The translations under genes and the position numbers were made by a program. Under the pieces are notes generated by a model. The model did no database searches. It worked only from the letters and a program-made list of their open reading frames with translations, and was not told where the DNA came from. From Octopus vulgaris (Eukaryota), in the NCBI GenBank assembly GCA_951406725.2, contig OX597814.1, positions 202,988,001-203,052,000 on the forward strand: a stretch of DNA of 64,000 bases. Direction: 5' to 3'. Shown here one piece after another: positions 27,239 to 39,259 of the stretch; position 1 is the first letter of the stretch; every line of letters starts with the position of its first letter.

Positions 27239-28167
27239 ACCTTGAATTTAAATACCCAGGTGGACAGGTAGTTAAATAGTGGCTAGGGCCAATCTTGATT
27301 AGAGGAAACCACATTAAATGGTCTTTTTGTAATTAGACAAAGCATTTGTCTTAGATGAATGATATATCAGTGTCATTTTAAGGTATGGGTACCCTGCTTC
27401 AAGACCATATGAATTTGAAGACTCCTTGTTAATCTGTACTTGCTGTGGTTTACTGTCCATAAATACTATAGACCCCAGTATATTACATAGCCCCAGGGGC
27501 TATAATGTTGTTAGGGTAGCATGAATGTGAAAGATTATGATTTGCCAAGTAGTAAGTAAAAAATAAAATTTCCATATTGTTGCTAAATTATGATTAATTG
27601 ATGGAGGAGGGGAAGAATAATTAGGATGATGGAGTGGGTGGAGATGATGTCCAAAATAATTATGGTGATATTCTAGATAAGAATTTAACAAGTACAGAGA
27701 GTACAGGTCGTTTGTAAATGAGAAGTGATTCTTATAATGTTCTTTGGTTAGGAATTCAACAACTTGATGCTTATTTGTATAAACATGGGAATCTGGACAA
27801 AAATTATGTTTTTATTTAGCTCCAGGCCAACCTTAACCAATCAGCTTGTATTGTCACTTTTAGATGGACAGTATGATCTTAGAAAGATTGGCTGCTATTT
27901 CTACACTGATGGAAGACTTATGTGTGGCAAGAGGTCTGAGTTGAAAAATAAACCTCATTTGGTCACATTCCATGAGAGTATCTTGATCACACTATGAACT
28001 TTTCAACTGACCAACATAAGAAGGGAAATCAAGTAACTGTATAATGACCTATCTTGAAGGCTTGTCATTCTTTGTTATGAGTAGTAAGGGAGGATTAATT
28101 AAGTTACTAATGGATTGATTTTCAAATTTTATAAACCAATCAGATTGAAATTGAAAGTATTATAGCT

Positions 28168-28352
28168 ATAACAGGGTCCAATCAAAAGCAACCATCATTA
28201 CACTTCCCATCTGGATTCCCAAGTGTAACCAATTGGGACTTTGAATATTATCCAGCCATCTCATTCTTGGTCTAACCTTAGGTCTCCTGCTTGTTGGCTC
28301 GGCTTGAAGAATCCATCTTGCAATTCTTTTCTGTGGCATTCTTATCAGGTGT
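28168..28352 (-). mobile_element. RTE-clade LINE C-terminal fragment (not in the ORF track)
   Basis: Manual minus-strand translation HLIRMPQKRIARWILQAEPTSRRPKVRPRMRWLDNIQSPNWLHLGI. Confidence 0.7.
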
Positions 28353-28458
28353 GTTGTGCTGGAGCAATGATTTAAGTCTTATATTATAATTTGATTGCAA
28401 GTGTCATAGAATGTAAAACCTATGCATGTTTTGTTCCTTTTGAAATATATTTTTTACC

Positions 28459-28824
28459 CTGTTGTGTCTGGGGAGAGTCATTTTCTTTTTGTGCCTTATT
28501 ATGTAATACACTCACCGGTAAAATTTCCACTTTTTTCTTATTTTTATTGTCCTAAAATTTTCGTTGCGTCTTGCAACCTTTTCAATACATACACATGCAA
28601 ACACACACACATACATACGTACATGCATGCATGTATAGGCACATGCACACAAACAAACAAAAGGGAACGCTGTGTAAATAATGGACAGAGTCAAAACTGG
28701 AAAAGGTTGCAAGATGCAACGAAAATTTTAGGACAATAAAAATAAGAAAAAAGTGGAAATTTTACCGGTGAATGTGTTACATTATAAGGCACGAAAAGAA
28801 AATGACTCTCTCCAGACACAACAG
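28459..28824. repeat. Inverted repeat with 125-bp arms (28459-28583, 28700-28824) and 116-bp spacer
   Basis: Arms are near-exact reverse complements with few substitutions; the ORF track shows the same peptide on both strands. Confidence 0.9.
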
Positions 28825-29329
28825 AATATGCTTCAACACACGAACTCATATAAAGAATCTTGCAAACTAAATCCCAAAATGAAATATTTTTTACCATTTG
28901 CTCAAAAATAGCCAGGAGTGAAACCACACCTTTTTTAATGTTTTGGTTTTGGCTGTGTCTGTGATCTCTGCAATTTTTCTCAAGACTTGTGCAGTCAACA
29001 TGGTTAACATATCTTTTTAACAGCTTCAGGTTGTCTGCTGTAGGGAAAAACTGGGGAGTGAGGGAATTCTAGTGTGATGATGGTCGAAGAAAGCAAGAAT
29101 TAGGTAAAGTCATTAGTGCAGGGCCTTTGAGGAATAAAATACAGTATCGTGTGGCAGAAAGAGGAAAGATGTGTTAGACAAGTGGCCTGATGCCAGCTGA
29201 CTGCAAAGAGCAGCAGCCACTATAGTAGAAAAGGCAGAAGAGGAGGAGACAACACGTGTGGGCAGGAGGTTGGAATGCATTGGTGAGTGAATTTAGGCCA
29301 TTCCATCTATGACCCTTTTCTTTAAAAAT

Positions 29330-29650
29330 GCACATTGCTTCCCACCATGTGATTTCAAGTTCAGTCCCACTGCATGGCAACTAGGCAAGTGTCTTCTTCT
29401 GTAGCTTCATGTTGACCAAGGGCCTTATGGTTGGACTTGATATACAGAAACTGAAAGAGGCCTCTGTGTGTGTGTATGTATGTATGACAGACTTCTTTTA
29501 GTTTCCACCTACCAAATCCACTTATAAGGTTTTAGTCAGCCTAAAGCTATAATAGAAAACACTTGCTAAAGGTGCCACACAGTGGGACTGAACCTGGAAC
29601 CATGTAGTTTGGAGGTAAACTTTTTACCGCACAGTAACATCTGTGCCTGT
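29330..29650. mobile_element. Inverted pair of family A SINE heads
   Basis: Plus copy ~29330-29464, short (TG/TA) spacer, minus copy ~29487-29650. Confidence 0.75.
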
Positions 29651-30639
29651 GTAGTATAGTAATGGTATAGTTATAGTAATAAAGAAAGATACATCATAAA
29701 TTGTATTCTCTTACTAGTTTTAGTCATTGGACCATGACTCTGCTTGAGCAAGGTTTCTATGAATGCATAAAAAGTTAGATTCCTAAATAATTAGGAGTAT
29801 TGAAGTGTGTTGGTGGAAACGGGGGTGTTTGGTTTGATGGATTGTGAAGAGAAAGATAGCTCAACTTAACTCCTGTTTCACCACAATTCGTGACATTCAA
29901 TAGACATGCATCTGACAGAAGAAAGCACGTCCTGCATGTAAATCAATATGTCTGGTCATGTTATGAGAAATTTTAGAAACATTCAGGAAAATAATAATCA
30001 ATAAGATTATAGAAAATCAATAGACATTTCTTTTTTCTACAGTTCTTACAGGAAATTAGTAATGCAGAATGAATTCAAAACAGGAAAAAGGTGTTTAAAC
30101 AAAAATTAAATGTGTTTTCTGAAAGGCATATAGAATATTACGAAAATTTATCTGTAGATAAAAACTAATAATAATAATAATAATAATTCAGCATTAACAA
30201 TAAAACAACTGATTAATAATTCTAAAAAGACTGATTATTTTGTTATTTTAATAAGAAGACATTGTGTACGGTACAGAACAGCATTTTTGTCAGTCATCTA
30301 GGAAATTGCTTACTTTAAGTTCATCATTCTATTTTTTTCTTCTTAAATTCTGAAGTTGAAATTTTTGCAAACGTTTGGAAAAAAACTTTGTCAAAAATTC
30401 ATTGAATATTATCTCAATAATTCAGATCAATGTAAATACATTAAATTCAACAAAATCAAAAATTAGGTTCTTCACATAATGGGAAAATCAATAATGCAGT
30501 GAATATTTTGACCTACAAATGGTTTTCAAGGGAACGGGTAGCTGATTTGGAATTCAAATAAAATTCTAACTGGATTGAGAAAGTTCAGAAGAATTTATCA
30601 AATATTTGAAAAAGATGAATATGAAAGAAGGCAAAATTT

Positions 30640-30760
30640 AAAATATCACATATTTGTCTCCATTGTAGCATGGATTGATGGTTTCTTTCAAAATCTGAAT
30701 ATTTGCATGTAAACTGATGGTACAAATATGTCTATGGTTGGATCAGCTACTCGTTTGTGA
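30640..30760 (+). pseudogene. Ancient hAT transposase remnant
   Basis: atttgcatgtaaactgatggtacaaatatgtctatggttgga reads ICM*TDGTNMSMVG, like the CTDGA..MVG catalytic block. Confidence 0.3.
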
Positions 30761-30949
30761 AGTAGAAATGATAATTACTATAACTAGACACACTGAGGCG
30801 AGAGCTTATGTTGTTGGAAAGTTTCACAGGGCGTCAACTGATCCCTAAACATCTTTTGTATCATGCTTTGTAGTTTTTATTGTTTTACTTGTTCTAGTCA
30901 TCGGGCTGTGGCCATGCTGGGGCACTGCCTTGAAGGGTTTCGGTGAAAA

Positions 30950-31865
30950 CATCCCACTGTGTGGCAACTTGAGCAAGTGTCTTCTACTATAGCCTTGGGT
31001 CAACCAAAGCCTTGTGAGTGGATTTAGTAGACAGAAACTGAAAGAAGCCCATCAGATATAAATATTATATATATATATATATGTATGTATGTATATATTT
31101 ATATAGTATTTATATTATTATATGACCGAACGCCACACATCCTTTTCCAAGTAAATTTTATATATATATAGTGGCATTTAAAAAGCACCATTTGAGCATG
31201 GTCGATGCCAGTCCCACCGGACTGGCTTCCATGCCAGTGGCACATAAAAAGCACCATACAAATGTGGTCGTTGCCAGTGCCATCTGACTGGGTCCTGTCC
31301 TAGTCGCATATAAAAAACACTATTTGAGAGTGGTCGTTGCCAGTACTGCCTGATTGGCTTCTGTGCCAGTGGCATCTAAAAAGCACCATTCGAGCGTTGT
31401 CAATGCTAATACCATCTGACTGGCCCCTGTGCCAATGGCATGTAAAAAGCACCCACTACACTCACGGAGTGGTTGGTGTTAGGAAGGGCATCCAGTTGTA
31501 GAAACCTTGCCAGATCAGATTGGAGCCTGGTGCAGCCTCCCGGATTGCTAGTTCTCAGTCAAACCAGCAAACACATGCCAGCATGGAAAGTGGACGTTAA
31601 TTGAGGATGATGACAACAATGATGATGATAATGATGATGATGAATATTTGTGTGTTTGTTTTGTGTTTGTCTCCCCACCATCGCTTGACAACTGATGTTG
31701 GTGCTTTATGTCTCTGTAACTTAGCGGTTCAGCAAAAAGAGAACAATAGAATAAGTACTAGGCTTACAAAGAATAAGTCTTGGGGTCAATTTCTTCGACT
31801 AAAACTCCTTAAGGTGGTGCTCCAACTTGGCCACAGTCAAATGACTGGAACAAATGAAAGAATTT
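30950..31865 (+). mobile_element. Family A SINE with a nested RTE 3' UTR (31170-31643, five ~60-bp repeats)
   Basis: SINE 5' part 30950-31055; RTE repeats gtggcac..aaaaagcacca; (GAT)n; SINE 3' part 31645-31865. Confidence 0.8.
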
Positions 31866-32470
31866 ATAGGGTGTCTATACATCTCAAGGGGAGTTAACTG
31901 AAATATTTGAGCAAGGCAATTAGAAACTGGTTGGGAAAATAATTTTCTATGGTGTATTAAATCAAGACCACAAGCAAAGAATCCAATTTTCTATGAGGCT
32001 AAGTTTATTTCTTCTCATGCTGACATAATAAAAATAGATAGAAATTGTCAAAAACAACTGCTTCACTATTTATCTAATTAGTTTGCTTGTTATTTAAATT
32101 TTGATTCAAGAATCTATTTGAACATACATGTTAGTTAATCAAACATCATATAAGGTGTCTTTGAGAAATATTGAGTAATTGTTTTACATTTATGTGGCAA
32201 GGTGGCGGGAGACAATTATTTTCCAATTCTCATAGAAAATTGTCAAGTTAAATTACTGAAGAAATGGAAAATTAATCTGGTTTGTTTACATTTAATCTTA
32301 TTATGTTTAAAAAATAATATTCATAAAGCAGTTGTTGTTACAACTTTATATATTATCTAACAGTCAGAAGTAATTCATCTTTTGGTAATAATTCTTTGCA
32401 CATTTAAACTGAGAATAAATGTCTTAAAACAGACAATGACAAGTAGCAAATGTGTATGTGTGTCTGTGTG

Positions 32471-32509
<39 letters not shown>

Positions 32510-33632
32510 ACATAAACAAACTATAATGAAGATAGATAATGTCTGGTAAATTTGTTAACTTCTCAGTTTTTATTTAGGCTACTAATAAAGCTTTTAGAAA
32601 TAGATTTATGTTAGAGAAAGATTAACCAAATAAATATGGTAGTTGATATTTATTTCTTGTTATTTCACCATCTTCACTTTACATCTGTTTCCATGCTGGT
32701 ATGGATAGGCTAGTTCAACAGATCAGAGGACCGTGTCTTGTACCAATGTCTCACTTTTGGCATACTTTCTACAGTTTCATGCCTTTCCTAACACTGTCCA
32801 CTTCAAGAGTGTATTTTTGTGCATATTTTTATGGCACCAGCATTGTAGACGTCGCCTTGTCATCAGCAAGACTAATGAGCTCTCTCAAGCCCTGCATTGT
32901 CACTACTCAAATCAATTACCAGTCACTTACAGAGTGTACTAAGTACTTTTTGTGGCACCAGCATTGTAGGGGTCATCTTGCAGCCTGCAAAGTGAGAGAG
33001 AACCACGCCTTCCCATGATAGATGGAACAAGTTTATTGCTGTGAGAGGATAGTAGCTGAGAAAATAACAGGGAAACCTGTTGGAGTAGGAGTAATGGGGC
33101 AAGAAGTAGAAGAGTAATAATATCAAGGATTTTTGAGTGAGAGGGGTTACAAAGTGGTAATAATGATGGGAAGAGTTCAGTAGGTGGACCCAGTGTTGGA
33201 CTGGGTCAATCCAGTTTCCATGGTACCATGGGTTGCATGGTTTGTCACAGTATTCTTATTGAAGCTACACATGTGTTGTTGAAAGGGAGAATGTTAAGGA
33301 AAGGTGTAATAGGAGGGAAAGGAGAAACTAATGCCTGGGGATTAGTGTGAGAGAGTTATAGGGTGATTATAGAGTAGGATGCAGTGCAGTGTTGCCCCCA
33401 TATTATATATAGGTGAAAAAAGTGGTACATGAAAGAAAGTTAAAATGGAAGAGGATAACAGGGTCAGTGTGATAAGAGCAATGAGAAGGGTTGAGTAGGC
33501 AGAGAAGCTGTGCTACTCCGTGTTATATATAGGTGAGTAGAGTGGTACATGGTGGAGAGAGAAACAAGATGATGATGAGGGGCCAACATATATCTTCAGG
33601 GCAACATTTTCACACTCCATATCCTTCTAGAT

Positions 33633-33804
33633 CAGCAGTTCTCAGCCACAGCTCCCAGGGCGCATGTGTCCCTCAACAGTCTTCCCCTAATTAATGTAAT
33701 AAACTTTTCTTTAACTTATTTGTGTTTTACTTTTTGGGGTGTGGCCCCTAAAACAATCCAGGTTTTGGATCTGGCCTGGATATTAAAATGGTTGATAGCC
33801 ACTG
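33633..33804. mobile_element. hAT (Charlie-like) MITE
   Basis: CAGCAGTTCTCA...TGATAGCCACTG flanked by ttctagat/atctagac; homologous to 6235-6431. Confidence 0.65.
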
Positions 33805-34027
33805 ATCTAGACTAATCCAGTCCTAATCAGTTGTGCAATTACATTCCTGTAACTTTCACATTATTTACTATATTAGATGACATATAAGTCACCCTGGGGC
33901 CTATATACAAAGTCAAGTCTATATTATGTGCTTTAATGTACTAAAACCCTTTTTCCTTGAATATACGATGCTGAAATTGGGGTGCATCTAATGTGCCCAT
34001 GTGTTTTTATGCCATGAAATATAGTAT

Positions 34028-34430
34028 ACTCTTACTCTTTTACTTGTTTCAGTCATTTAACTGTGGCCATGCTGGAGCACCGCCTTTAATCGAGCAACTC
34101 GACCCCGGGACTTATTCTTTTTCTAAGCCCAGTACTTATTCTATCGGTCTCTTTTGCCGAACCGCTAAGTAACGGGGACATAAACACACCAGCATCGGTT
34201 GTCAAGCAATGCTAGGGGGACAAACACAGACACACAAACACACACACGCATATATGTATATACATATATACGCCGGGCTTCTTTTCAGTTTCCATCTACC
34301 AAATCCACTCACAAGGCTTTGGTCGGCCCGAGGCTATAGTAGAAGACACTTGCCCAAGGTGCCACGCAGTGGGACTGAACCCGGAACCATGTGGTTGGTA
34401 AACAAGATACTTACCACACAGCCACTCCTG
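34028..34430 (-). mobile_element. Young full-length family A SINE
   Basis: CpG-rich, complete head (ggagtggctgtgtggtaag...ggttccgggttcagtccc) to tail. Confidence 0.9.
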
Positions 34431-36079
34431 CTCACAAGAAATTAACTGATAATCTTAATCTAAAATCTTGCAACAGAAATTCATAAACTTAATCTTTTCT
34501 GATTAAGTTTTCTGATTTTTTAAAAAATTTATTCAGTTCTTCTCTTATCTTCATACATTGTTTTTAGTCATACAAGGTATAAAATACAGACAACTAACAA
34601 ATACAAAATTTAGTTCTGGAGTTAAAATATCCAATCTTTGTGAAAAGTTTTATAAAAAAATGTATCCCCAAATTAATAATAATGTCTTAATTTATTTTCT
34701 TAAAGAAGCAGGTCTGGTTTGAGAGTGCTGGGATACAGTTCAGTTTTCCTTACTTTTAAGAAACATTTCACTTCATTTTCTAAGCCCTTTCCAAGAGTCT
34801 AGAAACTAGTTCTCTATAAATCTGAGGTTACCTACCCATATATCTAACTGCAATTAATACTTTATCAGAGTTTTCAATATTTGCTGTTGGCAATGTGGAA
34901 TTGAAAATTGCAACAGAGAGGATGTTCAGTAACTGAAATTATGCATGTTTTCATATATATGCACATGACACACACACACACACGCAAGCATATATTTATC
35001 TATTTACAATATTAAGATAGCTAATTCTAATATATTCCTGGACAGGAATATAAAATATGGTTTTTTTATGTGTGTATTTTTTTCACCAGTAAAATAGTAA
35101 TGGAACGAAATTACAACATCAGACAATACAAAAAAACAGTTTAAAGAACAAAAATTTAATATTCCATGCAGGTACTTTTTTTTTAAACCATTATGGTTTC
35201 AACTAATTTTAGACTTAACTAGTCTGTGTGATTGATAATAAGGTTCAAAATTCTAGGCTTCCTTTCATAATTATTATTATTATCAGTAGTGGTAGTAGTA
35301 GTAGTAGTAGTAGTAGTTTTAATATTACTGTAATGCTAGTAATTATTATTATCGTCATCATCACCATTATTATTATTTCTGAATGAGTTCTGTAGACTGA
35401 AAAGATGTATATAAACCATTAGAAGCCTCTGCTGTGAAAATGTTTTATCAAATCAAAATTAATTCATTCCTAAACCTATTACTTCAGTTCTTTGATGGTC
35501 TGTTAACCAAACGAAAGGGTTTGTTTTTGTTTTTGTTATGAGCACACACACATACATATGAAACCTTTTCATTTGGTTAACTAAATGAAAAGCCAATTTC
35601 TCTCTGTATCTAGCTTAAGTACATTAATAGAAGATAAGTTATTTTCTACTAAATTACTACAGGATTCATGTGTATAGGAATTAACTGATATTCATTGAGC
35701 ATGGAGGGTGTCCCAGGATGAAGCTAAACTGCATGACATGAGATACTTGCTTGAAATATGTCTGTTTGTGAGTATAGGAATGATAGCTAGCTGTTACTCC
35801 AATCAGTAGAACAGCTTGCTTGTGAAATTGATATGCAAGTGGTTGCATTTTCTTTGATAAGTTTGAGGCTGTGGTAAATAGGAAAGTGCTTCATGAAATA
35901 AGGGCCAAACAACAGAGATCTTTTGGTCATGTGATTGTTGTTGTTGTTAAGCAACAAGACGGATAAGGGTGATTAGGTGATGGTCTAGGGCTTAGGGGCG
36001 GGAGACCCCAGACCTTGCGTATGTGTGGATGCACATGTGTGCACATGCACATGTGTGCACATGCATATGTGTGTGAATA

Positions 36080-36455
36080 GGTGCAGACATGGCTGTGTGG
36101 TCGAGAAGTTTGCTTCCCAGCCCTGTGATCTAGGATTCAGTTCCCCTGCACAGCACCTTGGGCAAGTGTCTTTTACTTTAGGTCCAGACCAACCAAAGAT
36201 CTTGTGTGTGTGTGTTAGTGTTAGTGGCTTGCCTTGACTGTGAGATAGTTGTAAACGAGTATCATCAACATGCAAGAACTATCCATTTCCAATATTCTGG
36301 TAAAACATGTCTGCTCATGGAGAAATATTACCTTACTTGGAAACAAATGAGAGTTGGTGACAGGAAGGGCATCTGGTTGTAGAAAATCTGCCTCAACAAA
36401 TTCCATCTGACTCATGCAAGCATGGAAAGTAGAAGTTAAAATGATGATGAATGAT
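36080..36455 (+). mobile_element. tRNA-headed SINE ending in an RTE-type tail
   Basis: Head ggctgtgtggtcgagaagtttgcttccc; tail gttggtgacaggaagggcatc...catgcaagcatggaaag...ttaaaatgatgatg; related minus copy ~42460-42915. Confidence 0.6.
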
Positions 36456-36993
36456 ACTACTACTGCTGATGTTGATGATGATGAAGATATATATATTGTG
36501 TGTGTGTGTGTGTGTGTTTCTGTTTACCAATTTAAACAAGTGCTATGTCACCCTTATGTCAAAAACAATAATAGTAACTTTGATAAAAAGAGATCAATGG
36601 AATAAATACCAGACTTACAAAAATAAATACTAGCATCGATGTGATTGACTAAAACCTTTGATGGTGGTGCCCCAGCATGGCCACAGTCTATTTATTGACT
36701 GACACCATCAAAGCTAGAATTTTTAGTATTAAATCAAAGCAGCTATCATGATGTGATGAAGAACTTCTTTAATCCTAAGTAAAATAATGACTTTGATGGA
36801 ACGTATTGAACTTGGTTTTTACTGTTAAATAATATAACTTTTCTCTTTCTTACAACAAACTACATTTAAATATATGTATATCTTGAGAAAAGTAAAAGCA
36901 CCCCCAAAAATCATAATTTTACCTTTTTTATCAGTTATTTAGCACAAGAATACAAAGCCAAACATACTTACTAGTTTTTTGTGTTTTTTTCTA

Positions 36994-37051
<58 letters not shown>

Positions 37052-37901
37052 TTTATCTTCATATCTATCTTAAAGCATATCTCTCTTCTTTTTATAATTA
37101 TATTTGTTGCTGCTAGGAATAGAGGAATATATTCCATTTATTTTCATCATGCATGGATTATACTTTGTCTCTTCAAAAATAGAGAATCATTATTTTTTTT
37201 TTTTCTCTCATGGAGATGACATAATTTTTTTAATTTTTTTTTAAATTATATATTTCATCTAAACAGTAAAATTTTGTACCTGACAAATGAAATGAAGGAT
37301 TCTTATAAAGAATGTGGGATAATACTTTCTTACCCCTTCTGGGTACAATTTTTCTCTGATAACAAATAATTTCAAAAAATGCCAAATACTTTTTGTTATG
37401 AAAATATGTTTGACATTTTCATTAAAAGACTATTGTACAATCATGAAGGTTGTATTAAAACTCTTTTTTTTTTATCATCACACATGTTTTTAATAATTTT
37501 GTTGACGTTGGTTTCTAAGTTTCGCCAGTAGTGAGCCTTGTCAGACATATCTTCGTAACAAACGTGATTTGGCTCTCTTATAAGGCAGAACATATATCCA
37601 GGAGCTGTAATATAGAATCATTCATTTGTTAGATACAAAATTTTTGCTGTTTAAATGGAATATTAGATTTTTATAAATTTATAATTTTCAATTCTAAGAA
37701 AAATTTTGGAAAAAAATGACATGTCTCCCTATTCCTGAAGAAGCAAAATATTATTCCACCATACATGACAAAAATATCTGACTCAACATTTTTAAGGATT
37801 CTTTCCTTCATTTAATACTCACAGTTTTTATATTTATTAAAATGCTTCTTAACTATGCTTGCACACATACACATGCACAAAAAGAGGTATACTACTGTGC
37901 T

Positions 37902-38620
37902 TAACTCCTTTGTTACCATACTTCTATTGGAATACACTGCCTTTATAAGGCGGCGAGCTGGCAAAAACATTAGCATGCCGGGCGTAATGCTTAGCAGTAT
38001 TTCATATGTCTTTATGTTCTGAGTTCAAATTCCTCTGAGGTCAACTTTTCCTTTCATCCTTCAGGGTCAATAAATTCAGTACCAGTTGTATACTGAGGTT
38101 GATCTAATCAACTGGCCCCTCCCCAAAAAATTTTGGGTCTTGTACCTAGAAAAGAAAAGAATATATTGCCTTTATTTCAATTTCTGAAATATTTATGAAT
38201 TTAGTAAAATAATTTGTCATTCCTTCACACAGCTTGCATTTTCTTGGATAAGTTTGAGGCTGTGGTAAATAGGAAACTGCTTCATGAAATAAGGGTGAAA
38301 CAACAGAGATCTTTTGGTCATGTGATGAGGAAAGAGGGCCTAGAGTATTTAGCAATGACCAGAAAGATTGAAGGAAGAAAAAGCAGAGGAAGGAGAAGGA
38401 TGATATTGGTGTCAAGCTTGGAAGAAGGAGGCATTAAACATCAGGAAGTGGATCTGTTACAGAAAACAAAGAACAGACAATTGTGGCAGAACATGGTTAC
38501 TTATATCCTACTTTCTGGACATAGAGCTAAGAAGAAGAAGAATTTATCATTATTACACGTATATTTGGAACATGAATTAACATGGAATTTTAATAGGTTA
38601 TAATTTAAAAATCACATTAA
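37902..38620. mobile_element. Nested cluster: piggyBac-like MITE containing a Nin SINE (~37948-38160) and an RTE 3' fragment (~38225-38542)
   Basis: ttaactcctttgttaccat start; duplicated tgcctttat around the SINE; RTE peptide FGHVMRKEGLEYLAMTRKIEGRKSRGRRR with an (AAG)n tail. Confidence 0.7.
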
Positions 38621-38924
38621 CTCTTTAACATTTAAACCATTCATATCCTTTACCTGTTTTATAGCCAAACTGTTTAGATCTGGCCTTTCACACCTACTCT
38701 ACAATGTCATTCTAAAAATAAACACTTTTATCATTGAAATCTTAAAGTTCTGAGATATTCTTTTTTTTTATTGCTTTCAGTCATTTGACTGCAGCCATGC
38801 TGGAGCACTGCCTTTAGTTGGACAAATCGACCCCAGAACTTGTTTCAGTTCTATATTTAAGAGATGAGGAATTATGTACATTATTTACATTTGACAGATA
38901 TTTGTCCTCATTTTGTTTGTTGTT

Positions 38925-38970
38925 AACACAACATTTCGGCTGATATACCCTCCAACCTTCATCAGGTATC
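38925..38970 (-). ncRNA. Minimal hammerhead ribozyme motif (left arm)
   Basis: Minus strand GATAC-CTGATGA-A-GGTTG-gagggtatat-CAGCC-GAAA-TG-TT-GTGTT. Confidence 0.6.
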
Positions 38971-39215
38971 CTGGGGAAATTTCGAACCTGGGTTCTCATT
39001 CCTAAGGTATTTTTCGATGTTATTGTTGCTATTATTATTATTATTATTCAGGTCACTGCCTGCAATTGAAGTTGAAATCTTGGGGTTAGGAGTGTGGGCT
39101 ACTAACCCCAAGATTCCGAGTTTAATTCCAGGCAGTTACCTGAATAATAATAGTAACAATAGTAATGTCAAAAAATACCTTAGGAATGAGAACCCAAGTT
39201 CAAAATTTCCCCTAA

Positions 39216-39259
39216 ACACCTGATGAAGGCTGGAGGGTATATCAGCTGAAACGTTGTGT
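39216..39259 (+). ncRNA. Minimal hammerhead ribozyme motif (right arm)
   Basis: ACAC-CTGATGA-A-GGCTG-gagggtatat-CAGCT-GAAA-CG-TT-GTGT: core boxes, stem I ACAC/GTGT, stem II, self-complementary AACGTT stem III. Confidence 0.7.

Noticed and set aside
31170-31460. Repeat-spacer pattern resembling CRISPR
   Set aside because: The linkers are homologous to each other and the block is part of a dispersed RTE 3' UTR.
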